A stretch of DNA of 64,000 nucleotides from a phage. The position numbers and the translations under genes were made by a program. This document shows positions 1-10,992 of this stretch, in pieces (position 1 is the stretch's first letter; every line of letters begins with the position of its first letter). Below the pieces are notes generated by a model. It searched no databases. It was given only the letters and a program-made list of their open reading frames with translations, and was not told where the DNA came from. The DNA is taken from the sequence record PZ452578.1, one strand, 5' to 3'.

Positions 1-32
1 AATATATTAAAGCATATTAAAGAGGATTAAAA

Positions 33-2012
33 ATGACTTTATTATCTCCGGGCATTGAGCTCAAAGAAACTACGGTTCAAAGCACCGTGGTTAATAACTC
101 TACTGGTACAGCAGCTTTGGCCGGTAAATTCCAGTGGGGTCCTGCTTTTCAGATTAAACAGGTTACAAATGAAGTAGATTTAGTTAATACTTTTGGTCAA
201 CCAACCGCTGAAACTGCTGACTATTTTATGTCTGCGATGAATTTCTTGCAGTACGGAAATGACTTACGAGTAGTTCGTGCTGTTGATAGAGATACCGCTA
301 AAAACTCATCTCCGATTGCTGGTAATATTGAATACACAATTTCTACCCCAGGTAGTAACTATGCAGTTGGAGATAAAATCACGGTCAAATATGTTTCGGA
401 TGATATTGAAACTGAAGGTAAAATTACTGAAGTAGACGCAGATGGAAAAATTAAGAAAATTAATATTCCTACTGCAAAAATTATCGCTAAAGCTAAAGAA
501 GTCGGTGAATATCCGGAATTAGGTTCTAACTGGACTGCGGAAATTTCTTCGTCTTCCTCTGGTTTAGCTGCAGTAATAACTCTTGGAAAAATTATTACTG
601 ATTCTGGTATTTTATTAGCTGAAATTGAAAATGCTGAAGCTGCTATGACAGCGGTTGACTTTCAAGCAAATCTCGAAAAATACGGAATTCCAGGAGTAGT
701 AGCTCTTTATCCAGGCGAATTAGGCGATAAAATTGAAATTGAAATCGTATCTAAAGCTGACTACGCAAAAGGAGCTTCTGCATTACTGCCAATTTATCCA
801 GGTGGTGGTACTCGTGCATCTACTGCTAAAGCAGTGTTTGGATATGGACCACAAACTGATTCACAGTACGCTATTATAGTTCGTCGTAATGATGCTATTG
901 TTCAAAGTGTTGTTCTTTCAACTAAGCGTGGTGAAAAAGATATTTACGATAGTAACATTTATATCGATGACTTTTTCGCAAAAGGCGGTTCAGAATATAT
1001 TTTCGCAACTGCACAAAACTGGCCAGAAGGATTCTCTGGAATTTTAACTCTGTCTGGTGGATTATCATCAAATGCTGAAGTAACAGCAGGAGATTTGATG
1101 GAAGCCTGGGACTTCTTTGCTGACCGTGAATCTGTTGACGTTCAGTTGTTTATTGCGGGTTCTTGTGCCGGTGAATCTTTAGAAACAGCATCTACTGTCC
1201 AAAAACACGTCGTTTCAATTGGGGATGCTCGCCAGGATTGCTTAGTATTGTGCTCACCACCGCGTGAAACTGTAGTTGGAATTCCTGTAACTCGCGCTGT
1301 TGACAACTTAGTCAACTGGAGAACCGCAACAGGTTCATACACTGATAATAACTTTAATATCAGTTCAACCTATGCAGCAATTGATGGTAACTACAAATAT
1401 CAGTATGACAAATACAATGATGTCAATCGCTGGGTTCCATTAGCAGCTGATATTGCCGGTTTATGTGCAAGAACCGATAACGTTTCTCAGACTTGGATGT
1501 CTCCAGCTGGTTATAATCGCGGCCAGATTCTTAACGTTATTAAACTTGCTATTGAAACTCGCCAAGCTCAGCGCGACCGTTTATACCAAGAAGCTATCAA
1601 CCCAGTGACTGGTACAGGTGGTGATGGTTACGTATTATATGGTGATAAAACAGCTACTTCTGTTCCTTCTCCATTTGATCGTATTAACGTTCGTCGTCTG
1701 TTTAATATGTTGAAAACGAATATCGGACGTAGTTCAAAATATCGTTTGTTCGAATTAAACAACGCGTTTACTCGTTCATCATTCCGCACAGAAACTGCCC
1801 AATACTTACAGGGAATTAAAGCTCTCGGTGGAATTTATGAATATCGTGTAGTTTGCGATACAACAAATAACACTCCGTCAGTAATTGATAGAAATGAGTT
1901 TGTTGCAACATTCTACATCCAACCAGCTAGAAGCATTAACTACATTACCTTAAACTTCGTAGCAACTGCTACTGGTGCAGATTTCGATGAGTTAACTGGT
2001 CTTGCAGGTTAA
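33..2012 (+). CDS. 18: Tail sheath protein gp18
   Basis: 659 aa, same length as T4 gp18 and N-terminus MTLLSPGIELKETTVQS recognised; sits directly upstream of tail tube gene 19. Confidence 0.93.
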   Translation: MTLLSPGIELKETTVQSTVVNNSTGTAALAGKFQWGPAFQIKQVTNEVDLVNTFGQPTAETADYFMSAMNFLQYGNDLRVVRAVDRDTAKNSSPIAGNIEYTISTPGSNYAVGDKITVKYVSDDIETEGKITEVDADGKIKKINIPTAKIIAKAKEVGEYPELGSNWTAEISSSSSGLAAVITLGKIITDSGILLAEIENAEAAMTAVDFQANLEKYGIPGVVALYPGELGDKIEIEIVSKADYAKGASALLPIYPGGGTRASTAKAVFGYGPQTDSQYAIIVRRNDAIVQSVVLSTKRGEKDIYDSNIYIDDFFAKGGSEYIFATAQNWPEGFSGILTLSGGLSSNAEVTAGDLMEAWDFFADRESVDVQLFIAGSCAGESLETASTVQKHVVSIGDARQDCLVLCSPPRETVVGIPVTRAVDNLVNWRTATGSYTDNNFNISSTYAAIDGNYKYQYDKYNDVNRWVPLAADIAGLCARTDNVSQTWMSPAGYNRGQILNVIKLAIETRQAQRDRLYQEAINPVTGTGGDGYVLYGDKTATSVPSPFDRINVRRLFNMLKTNIGRSSKYRLFELNNAFTRSSFRTETAQYLQGIKALGGIYEYRVVCDTTNNTPSVIDRNEFVATFYIQPARSINYITLNFVATATGADFDELTGLAG

Positions 2013-2028
2013 TACGGTGCATTCTAAA

Positions 2029-2046
2029 GGCCTGTTTCGGCAGGCC
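2029..2046 (+). terminator. Hairpin after gene 18 (GGCCTG-loop-CAGGCC)
   Basis: Inverted repeat immediately 3' of the gene 18 stop; no clear U-tract, late promoter follows. Confidence 0.4.
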
Positions 2047-2047
2047 A

Positions 2048-2055
2048 TATAAATA
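2048..2055 (+). promoter_or_regulatory. T4-type late promoter TATAAATA
   Basis: Exact TATAAATA octamer in the 18-19 intergenic region. Confidence 0.55.
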
Positions 2056-2106
2056 CACTATATCCTTAATTCTTTAATTCTATATGCCCTAGGTTAAACA
2101 TAGGGA

Positions 2107-2114
2107 TATAAATA
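2107..2114 (+). promoter_or_regulatory. T4-type late promoter TATAAATA for gene 19
   Basis: Exact TATAAATA 15 nt upstream of the gene 19 ATG at 2129. Confidence 0.65.
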
Positions 2115-2128
2115 CTACAGAGGCTAAT

Positions 2129-2620
2129 ATGTTTGTAGATGATGTAACACGAGCGTTTGAATCTGGTGATTTTGCTCGACCTAACTTATTCCAAGTAGAA
2201 ATTTCTTATCTTGGACAAAATTTTACGTTTCAATGTAAAGCTACTGCTCTACCAGCTGGTATTGTAGAAAAAATTCCAGTCGGATTTATGAACCGTAAAA
2301 TTAACGTAGCAGGCGATCGTACATTCGATGACTGGACTGTTACAGTAATGAACGATGAAGCTCATGATGCTCGCCAGAAGTTCGTTGATTGGCAAAGCAT
2401 TGCTGCGGGGCAAGGAAACGAAATTACTGGTGGAAAACCTGCAGAGTATAAAAAGAGCGCTATCGTTCGTCAATATGCTCGTGATGCTAAAACAGTAACA
2501 AAAGAAATTGAAATTAAAGGTCTGTGGCCTACTAACGTGGGTGAACTTCAATTAGATTGGGATTCAAACAATGAAATCCAAACATTTGAAGTAACTCTTG
2601 CTCTCGATTATTGGGAATAA
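2129..2620 (+). CDS. 19: Tail tube protein gp19
   Basis: 163 aa, T4 gp19 length and sequence recognised; follows gene 18. Confidence 0.93.
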   Translation: MFVDDVTRAFESGDFARPNLFQVEISYLGQNFTFQCKATALPAGIVEKIPVGFMNRKINVAGDRTFDDWTVTVMNDEAHDARQKFVDWQSIAAGQGNEITGGKPAEYKKSAIVRQYARDAKTVTKEIEIKGLWPTNVGELQLDWDSNNEIQTFEVTLALDYWE

Positions 2621-2625
2621 AATGA

Positions 2626-4277
<1,652 letters not shown>

Positions 4278-4278
<1 letters not shown>

Positions 4279-4526
4279 TGGAAGGTTTAATTGAAGCTAT
4301 TAAATCAAACGACCTCGTAGCCGCTCGTAAATTATTTGCTGAGGCCATGGCTGCAAGAACGATTGATTTAATTAAAGAAGAAAAAATCGCTATCGCTCGT
4401 AATTTCTTAATCGAAGGTGAAGAACCCGATGACGAGGATGATGACGAAGACGAAGATAGTGATGATAAAGACGACAAAAAAGACAAAGACTCTGATGAAG
4501 ATGACGAAGACGAGGATGATGAATAA
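4278..4526 (+). CDS. 67: Prohead core protein gp67 with acidic D/E-rich C-terminus
   Basis: 82 aa; start overlaps the gene 20 stop; C-terminal run of Asp/Glu; position between 20 and 68. Confidence 0.85.
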
Positions 4527-4951
4527 TGCTTCTGATCCCTGAAACTCATGAATTAGTTCTCGAGAATGTCGAAGCACTTATTCCTGAAGCACAGGGTCGC
4601 TTTGACGAATTGTCTTCTGCTTTAAATAAAGACGATATAAATACAATTGTCGAGAATATGCTTGATGATGAAACTGATTTAGCGGTTGCATTAGCTTCTA
4701 TTAATGAAAATATGCCGTTAAATGAATTCATCGTTAAACATGTTTCCGCCCGTGGTGAAATTACTCGCACTAAAGACCGCAAAACGCGTGAACGTAATGC
4801 ATTTCAAACCACTGGGCTGTCTAAAGCAAAACGTAGACAAATTGCTCGTAAAGCTACCAAAACGAAGATTGCCAATCCAGCAGGTCAATCTCGTGCTCAG
4901 CGTAAGCGTAAAAAAGCTCTTAAACGCCGTAAAGCATTAGGATTAAGCTAA
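4526..4951 (+). CDS. 68: Prohead core protein gp68
   Basis: 141 aa, basic C-terminus, synteny 67-68-21. Confidence 0.85.
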
Positions 4952-5589
4952 TGAATGAACCCCAATTACTAATTGAAACTTGGGGTCAACCTGGCGAAAT
5001 TATTGATGGCGTGCCAATGCTTGAATCTCATGATGGAAAAGACTTAGGTTTAAAACCGGGTTTATACATCGAAGGAATATTCATGCAAGCGGAAGTCGTC
5101 AATAGAAATAAACGTCTTTATCCAAAACGTATATTAGAAAAAGCGGTAAAAGACTATATTAATGAGCAAGTTTTAACTAAACAAGCTCTCGGAGAATTAA
5201 ATCATCCTCCACGCGCTAATGTTGACCCGATGCAAGCCGCTATCATTATAGAAGATATGTGGTGGAAAGGAAATGACGTATACGGACGAGCTCGTGTTAT
5301 TGAAGGTGACCATGGTCCTGGAGATAAATTAGCAGCTAATATTCGTGCCGGATGGATTCCAGGAGTTTCTTCTCGTGGATTAGGTTCATTGACTGACACA
5401 AATAAAGGTTATCGTATCGTAAACGAAGGATTCAAATTAACTGTAGGTGTTGATGCAGTATGGGGTCCAAGTGCTCCAGATGCATGGGTAACTCCTAAGG
5501 AAATTACCGAATCACAGACGGCGGAAGCCGATACAAGTGCCGATGACGCCTATATGGCTCTCGCAGAGGCCATGAAAAAAGCGTTATAA
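4951..5589 (+). CDS. 21: Prohead core scaffold protein and protease gp21
   Basis: 212 aa, T4 gp21 length; position upstream of 22 and 23. Confidence 0.9.
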   Translation: MNEPQLLIETWGQPGEIIDGVPMLESHDGKDLGLKPGLYIEGIFMQAEVVNRNKRLYPKRILEKAVKDYINEQVLTKQALGELNHPPRANVDPMQAAIIIEDMWWKGNDVYGRARVIEGDHGPGDKLAANIRAGWIPGVSSRGLGSLTDTNKGYRIVNEGFKLTVGVDAVWGPSAPDAWVTPKEITESQTAEADTSADDAYMALAEAMKKAL

Positions 5590-5592
5590 ATA
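5585..5592 (+). promoter_or_regulatory. T4-type late promoter TATAAATA for gene 22
   Basis: Exact octamer overlapping the gene 21 stop, about 28 nt upstream of the gene 22 ATG. Confidence 0.6.
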
Positions 5593-5619
5593 TTATTATC
5601 TAAACAACAGGACTACAAA

Positions 5620-6429
5620 ATGCTTAAAGAACAACTGATTGCCGAAGCGCAGAAAATTGATGCTTCCGTTGCTCTTGATAGTATTTTCGAATCAGTTAAT
5701 ATTTCTCCGGAAGCAAAAGAAACTTTCGGCACTGTATTCGAAGCTACCGTCAAGCAGCACGCCGTTAAATTAGCTGAATCTCATATCGCTAAAATTGCTG
5801 AAAAAGCAGAAGAAGAAGTAGAAAAAAATAAAGAAGAAGCCGAAGAAAAAGCTGAGAAGAAAATCGCTGAGCAAGCTTCTAAATTCATTGACCATCTTGC
5901 AAAAGAATGGCTCGCTGAAAATAAATTAGCAGTTGATAAAGGCATCAAAGCCGAACTGTTTGAATCCATGCTTGGTGGATTAAAAGAGCTCTTTGTTGAA
6001 CACAACGTTGTTGTTCCAGAAGAATCAGTTGATGTTGTAGCTGAAATGGAAGAAGAGCTGCAAGAACATAAAGAAGAATCAGCTCGTCTGTTCGAAGAAC
6101 TCAATATGCGCGACGCATATATCAATTATGTGCAGCGTGAAGTGGCATTGAGCGAAAGTACTAAAGATCTGACTGAGTCTCAAAAAGAAAAAGTCTCTGC
6201 TCTGGTCGAAGGTATGGATTATTCAGATGCATTCTCAAGTAAATTGAGTGCAATCGTAGAAATGGTGAAGAAATCTAATAAAGATGAAAGCACTATTACT
6301 GAGAGTATAAATACTCCTGATACTGAAGCAGCCGGACTGAATTTCGTCACTGAAGCTGTAGAAGATAAAGCTGCACAGGGTGCAGAAGATATTGTAAGTG
6401 TATATGCGAAAGTCGCATCTCGTTTCTAA
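5620..6429 (+). CDS. 22: Prohead core scaffold protein gp22
   Basis: 269 aa, E/K-rich helical scaffold-like sequence, directly upstream of 23. Confidence 0.9.
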   Translation: MLKEQLIAEAQKIDASVALDSIFESVNISPEAKETFGTVFEATVKQHAVKLAESHIAKIAEKAEEEVEKNKEEAEEKAEKKIAEQASKFIDHLAKEWLAENKLAVDKGIKAELFESMLGGLKELFVEHNVVVPEESVDVVAEMEEELQEHKEESARLFEELNMRDAYINYVQREVALSESTKDLTESQKEKVSALVEGMDYSDAFSSKLSAIVEMVKKSNKDESTITESINTPDTEAAGLNFVTEAVEDKAAQGAEDIVSVYAKVASRF

Positions 6430-6447
6430 TTTTAAAGGTTAACACAA

Positions 6448-8013
6448 ATGACTATCAAAACTAAAGCTGAACTTTTGAACAAATGGAAGCCATTACTGGA
6501 AGGTGAAGGTTTACCGGAAATTGCTAATAGCAAACAAGCGATTATCGCTAAAATCTTTGAAAACCAGGAAAAAGATTTCCAGACAGCTCCGGAATATAAA
6601 GACGAAAAAATTGCTCAGGCATTCGGTTCTTTCTTAACAGAAGCTGAAATCGGTGGTGACCACGGTTACAATGCTACCAACATCGCTGCAGGTCAGACTT
6701 CTGGCGCAGTAACTCAGATTGGCCCAGCTGTTATGGGTATGGTACGTCGTGCTATTCCTAACCTGATTGCTTTCGATATTTGTGGTGTTCAGCCGATGAA
6801 CAGCCCGACTGGCCAGGTATTCGCACTGCGTGCAGTATATGGTAAAGATCCGGTGGCTGCTGGTGCTAAAGAAGCTTTCCACCCAATGTATGGTCCAGAT
6901 GCAATGTTCTCTGGTCAGGGTGCTGCTAAGAAATTCGCTGCTTTGAAAGCAAGTGATACTCTTGAAGTCGGAACTATTTACACCCACTTCTTCCAGGAAA
7001 CTGGTACCGTATATCTGCAAGCTACAGAAGTTAAGCAAATTGATACTAGTGCAACTGACGCAGCTAAATTAGATGCTGAAATTAAGAAACAAATGGAAGC
7101 TGGTGTACTGGTAGAAATCGCTGAAGGTATGGCTACTTCTATCGCTGAACTCCAGGAAAGTTTCAACGGTTCTACCGATAACCCATGGAATGAAATGGGC
7201 TTCCGTATCGATAAACAAGTTATCGAAGCTAAATCTCGCCAGCTGAAAGCTGCTTACTCTATTGAATTAGCACAAGACCTCCGCGCTGTTCACGGTATGG
7301 ATGCTGATGCTGAACTGTCTGGTATTCTGGCTACAGAAATTATGCTGGAAATCAACCGTGAAGTTGTTGATTGGATTAACTACTCAGCTCAGGTTGGTAA
7401 ATCTGGTATGACCCTGACTCCGGGTTCTAAAGCTGGTGTATTTGACTTCCAGGACCCAATCGATATTCGTGGTGCTCGCTGGGCAGGTGAATCCTTTAAA
7501 GCTCTGTTGTTCCAGATTGACAAAGAAGCAGTTGAAATTGCTCGTCAGACCGGTCGTGGTGAAGGTAACTTCATTATCGCTTCCCGTAACGTAGTTAACG
7601 TTCTGGCTTCAGTTGATACCGGCATTTCTTATGCTGCACAGGGTCTGGCTACCGGCTTTAACACTGATACTACCAAGTCAGTATTTGCTGGTGTTCTGGG
7701 TGGTAAATACCGCGTATATATCGACCAGTATGCTAAACAGGATTATTTCACTGTAGGTTATAAAGGTCCGAACGAAATGGATGCTGGTATTTACTATGCT
7801 CCATATGTAGCTCTGACTCCGCTGCGTGGTTCCGATCCGAAGAACTTCCAACCGGTAATGGGATTCAAAACTCGTTACGGTATCGGTATCAACCCATTTG
7901 CAGAATCCGCTGCTCAGGCTCCGGCTTCTCGCATCCAGAGCGGTATGCCTTCTATTCTGAATAGCCTTGGTAAAAACGCTTACTTCCGCCGTGTATATGT
8001 TAAAGGTATCTAA
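6448..8013 (+). CDS. 23: Major capsid protein gp23
   Basis: 521 aa; N-terminus MTIKTKAELLNKWKPLLEGEGLPEIANSKQ recognised as T4 gp23. Confidence 0.95.
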   Translation: MTIKTKAELLNKWKPLLEGEGLPEIANSKQAIIAKIFENQEKDFQTAPEYKDEKIAQAFGSFLTEAEIGGDHGYNATNIAAGQTSGAVTQIGPAVMGMVRRAIPNLIAFDICGVQPMNSPTGQVFALRAVYGKDPVAAGAKEAFHPMYGPDAMFSGQGAAKKFAALKASDTLEVGTIYTHFFQETGTVYLQATEVKQIDTSATDAAKLDAEIKKQMEAGVLVEIAEGMATSIAELQESFNGSTDNPWNEMGFRIDKQVIEAKSRQLKAAYSIELAQDLRAVHGMDADAELSGILATEIMLEINREVVDWINYSAQVGKSGMTLTPGSKAGVFDFQDPIDIRGARWAGESFKALLFQIDKEAVEIARQTGRGEGNFIIASRNVVNVLASVDTGISYAAQGLATGFNTDTTKSVFAGVLGGKYRVYIDQYAKQDYFTVGYKGPNEMDAGIYYAPYVALTPLRGSDPKNFQPVMGFKTRYGIGINPFAESAAQAPASRIQSGMPSILNSLGKNAYFRRVYVKGI

Positions 8014-8028
8014 TCTTTGACGATTTAA

Positions 8029-8057
8029 GGGACCTTCGGGTCCCTTTAGTTGTTTTT
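8029..8057 (+). terminator. Rho-independent terminator after gene 23
   Basis: GGGACC-TTCG-GGTCCC hairpin followed by a T-rich run. Confidence 0.8.
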
Positions 8058-8061
8058 ATGG

Positions 8062-8069
8062 TATAAATA
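8062..8069 (+). promoter_or_regulatory. T4-type late promoter TATAAATA for gene 24
   Basis: Exact octamer 28 nt upstream of the ATG at 8097. Confidence 0.65.
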
Positions 8070-8096
8070 AATCATATAAACCAAAAGGAAAGCGCA

Positions 8097-9380
8097 ATGG
8101 CTAAAATCAACGAACTTCTGCGCGAATCAACCACAACGAATAGCAACTCAATCGGTCGCCCAAATCTCGTTGCTTTGACTCGCGCTACCACTAAATTAAT
8201 ATATTCTGACATTGTAGCAACGCAAAGAACTAATCAACCTGTTGCTGCTTTTTATGGTATCAAATACCTTAACCCAGACAATGAATTTACATTTAAAACT
8301 GGTGCTACTTACGCTGGCGAAGCTGGATATGTAGACCGAGAACAAATCACAGAATTAACAGAAGAGTCTAAATTAACTCTCAATAAAGGCGATTTTTTCA
8401 AATATAATAATATCGTTTATAAAGTATTAGAAGATACTCCATTTGCTGATATTGAAGAAAGCGATTTAGAATTAGCTCTTCAGATTGCAATTGTTCTTTT
8501 AAAGGTTCGTCTATTTTCTGACGCAGCGTCAACAAGCAAATTTGAAAGCTCTGATAGCGAAATTGCGGATGCTAGATTCCAGATTAATAAATGGCAAACC
8601 GCCGTTAAATCTCGTAAACTTAAAACTGGCATTACAGTTGAATTGGCTCAAGATTTAGAAGCAAACGGATTCGACGCTCCTAATTTCCTGGAAGATTTGC
8701 TTGCAACTGAAATGGCAGATGAAATCAATAAAGATATTCTGCAGTCTTTGATTACAGTATCAAAACGTTATAAAGTTACAGGAATTACTGATACTGGATT
8801 CATTGATTTGAGTTATGCATCTGCTCCTGAAGCAGGTCGTTCATTATACCGAATGGTATGTGAAATGGTTTCGCATATCCAAAAAGAATCAACTTATACA
8901 GCAACGTTCTGTGTTGCTTCTGCTCGTGCCGCTGCGATTCTTGCTGCATCAGGTTGGTTAAAACATAAACCAGAAGATGATAAATATCTCTCACAAAATG
9001 CCTATGGGTTCTTAGCTAATGGTTTACCGCTTTATTGCGATACTAACAGCCCATTAGATTATGTAATCGTTGGCGTAGTAGAAAATATCGGTGAAAAAGA
9101 AATTGTTGGATCAATTTTCTATGCTCCGTATACAGAAGGTCTTGACTTAGATGACCCTGAACATGTTGGCGCATTTAAAGTTGTAGTTGACCCAGAAAGT
9201 TTGCAGCCATCTATCGGTTTATTAGTTAGATATGCTTTATCTGCAAATCCTTACACTGTAGCAAAAGATGAAAAAGAAGCAAGAATAATTGACGGTGGAG
9301 ACATGGATAAAATGGCAGGTCGTTCAGATTTGTCTGTTTTATTAGGTGTTAAATTACCAAAAATTATTGTTGATGAATAA
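8097..9380 (+). CDS. 24: Capsid vertex protein gp24
   Basis: 427 aa, T4 gp24 length; follows 23. Confidence 0.92.
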   Translation: MAKINELLRESTTTNSNSIGRPNLVALTRATTKLIYSDIVATQRTNQPVAAFYGIKYLNPDNEFTFKTGATYAGEAGYVDREQITELTEESKLTLNKGDFFKYNNIVYKVLEDTPFADIEESDLELALQIAIVLLKVRLFSDAASTSKFESSDSEIADARFQINKWQTAVKSRKLKTGITVELAQDLEANGFDAPNFLEDLLATEMADEINKDILQSLITVSKRYKVTGITDTGFIDLSYASAPEAGRSLYRMVCEMVSHIQKESTYTATFCVASARAAAILAASGWLKHKPEDDKYLSQNAYGFLANGLPLYCDTNSPLDYVIVGVVENIGEKEIVGSIFYAPYTEGLDLDDPEHVGAFKVVVDPESLQPSIGLLVRYALSANPYTVAKDEKEARIIDGGDMDKMAGRSDLSVLLGVKLPKIIVDE

Positions 9381-9386
9381 AACAAA

Positions 9387-9411
9387 GGGACCTTTCGGTC
9401 CCTTTTTATTT
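9387..9411. terminator. Bidirectional terminator between gene 24 (+) and rnlB (-)
   Basis: GGGACC-TTTC-GGTCCC hairpin flanked by an A-run upstream and a T-run downstream, so it has a U-tract on either strand. Confidence 0.8.
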
Positions 9412-10414
9412 AGCTCACCAATTCAATCCAAGCCGGACGAAGTACATCTTGCACCATTTTAACTAATTCCTTTTTAATCAAAGAAGGATTATCTGCTTGA
9501 GTTAAAGTAATACCTTCACGAGAAGTTTCTTCCAAAATATCTTGGACAGTTAGCCCCATCACCTTTCCAAAATCCTTTGGACCAATTTCACCAATTTTAG
9601 AAATAACGTTATTTACTCGGTTTAGTGTAACGTAACAAGCTAAAATCCCCACCAATTTGTTATCAGCTTCTGACAGTTCAACTTTAGCTTTAATAGGCTT
9701 ATCAGACTTTTTCTTTTCACTAAATTTAGAATTCTTACATTTGATGGCTACACGATTACGATTAGGCAGCCAAGAAGGATAACAAGGTTTCAATACATAT
9801 CCTTCAGCGGTAAATACTTCGCCTTTGGCTTCGGCATTCCAAACGCATTTATTTGCATCAACTAATCCAGCATGGTCTACTGTAAAATTATAATCTTGGA
9901 CGACAGAATCTAAATCATTTGGCAATTTAATAAGCTCTTCAAATTTACCGCGGCCTAAAAGTGGGGCCATTTTAAATTTAAATGTATTACAGAATGATTC
10001 CATCATATAATCGTCGACATAAGTCACATCACCACTTTCTGTAGTGACAATAATGTCAAATACATAAAAATCTTTATCACCATAATCAACATTCTTCTGA
10101 ATGCCAGGTCCAGCGAATTCGCCAAAGACTTGATAAGATACAACCGCTGAGGTTTCCATAATATCTTGTACTGCTTTAATGGAATCAGCGTAATTCTTTA
10201 GAATAATTTCATACCCAAAGAAATCTTCAGCAGGAAGAATCGGTCCAGTACGTTTAGCGCAAGTTACTTTATCGCGCTCAATAATCAATGAGAAATTTGT
10301 ACCATGAATCTTTTCACGAGCTACCCACTCCCCACCAGTCAATCCCAGGCTATAAAGTTTTTCAATAAATTTAGAGTTGTAATGATTTTCAAGACTGCTA
10401 TACTTTTTAAACAT
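9410..10414 (-). CDS. rnlB: RNA ligase 2
   Basis: 334 aa, T4 Rnl2 length; nucleotidyltransferase KxHGxN motif (KIHGTN) near the N-terminus. Confidence 0.9.
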   Translation of the reverse strand: MFKKYSSLENHYNSKFIEKLYSLGLTGGEWVAREKIHGTNFSLIIERDKVTCAKRTGPILPAEDFFGYEIILKNYADSIKAVQDIMETSAVVSYQVFGEFAGPGIQKNVDYGDKDFYVFDIIVTTESGDVTYVDDYMMESFCNTFKFKMAPLLGRGKFEELIKLPNDLDSVVQDYNFTVDHAGLVDANKCVWNAEAKGEVFTAEGYVLKPCYPSWLPNRNRVAIKCKNSKFSEKKKSDKPIKAKVELSEADNKLVGILACYVTLNRVNNVISKIGEIGPKDFGKVMGLTVQDILEETSREGITLTQADNPSLIKKELVKMVQDVLRPAWIELVS

Positions 10415-10423
10415 AATTAATCC

Positions 10424-10702
10424 TCAAAATGTAATTTCTAACCAATCACCATCACGCTGATCACTATTGACTTTAAAATTAAATCCTTCTTTTCTCAGCC
10501 AATCACCAATTTCTTCAGTAATCAATTTATCGCGAGCAGTACAATAATAACTAAAATATGTTTTACCTTGTTCAGCTGCTTTATTAGCAAGTTCTGAAAA
10601 ATCTTTAATAAAACACTCTAGCTTAAACTGTTTACTTTTAAGTGCTTTTTCGCGTAATTGATTAGCAAAAGATTCATTTTCATAAAGATCATACTGTTCC
10701 AT
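10424..10702 (-). CDS. Hypothetical protein (T4 24.2 position)
   Basis: 92 aa ORF in the compact minus-strand run between hoc and rnlB. Confidence 0.7.
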   Translation of the reverse strand: MEQYDLYENESFANQLREKALKSKQFKLECFIKDFSELANKAAEQGKTYFSYYCTARDKLITEEIGDWLRKEGFNFKVNSDQRDGDWLEITF

Positions 10703-10904
10703 TTTTCACCTTTTTATTGATATGTCTTTTTCTATAGACGACTTTTTCTCGAGTTTCAAATTTATTTTTAGCAGTCATAGCTCGAGCCCATAATACAGCC
10801 ACTTCCTTTGCCTGTAAGTTTAATTCACGAGCAATTTCAATGAATGACTTTCCAGACTCATGAAGAGTAAACACCACAACCTCAGTTCTCATAATCAATC
10901 TCAT
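10689..10904 (-). CDS. Hypothetical small basic protein (T4 24.3 position)
   Basis: 71 aa ORF; 3' end overlaps the next gene start by 14 nt. Confidence 0.65.
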   Translation of the reverse strand: MRLIMRTEVVVFTLHESGKSFIEIARELNLQAKEVAVLWARAMTAKNKFETREKVVYRKRHINKKVKNGTV

Positions 10905-10992
10905 GTTATCGAGTTGGTGCCATTATATACATCATTTTCTGATTGTGTTTTGTGTGCTTTCAAAATGAAGAAAGGGGCCGAAGCACCTACGA

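Noticed and set aside
10905-10992. Possible terminator or MotA-box middle promoter in the hoc-downstream spacer
   Set aside because: No clean inverted repeat could be drawn and the TGCTT-like element is on the strand with no downstream gene.
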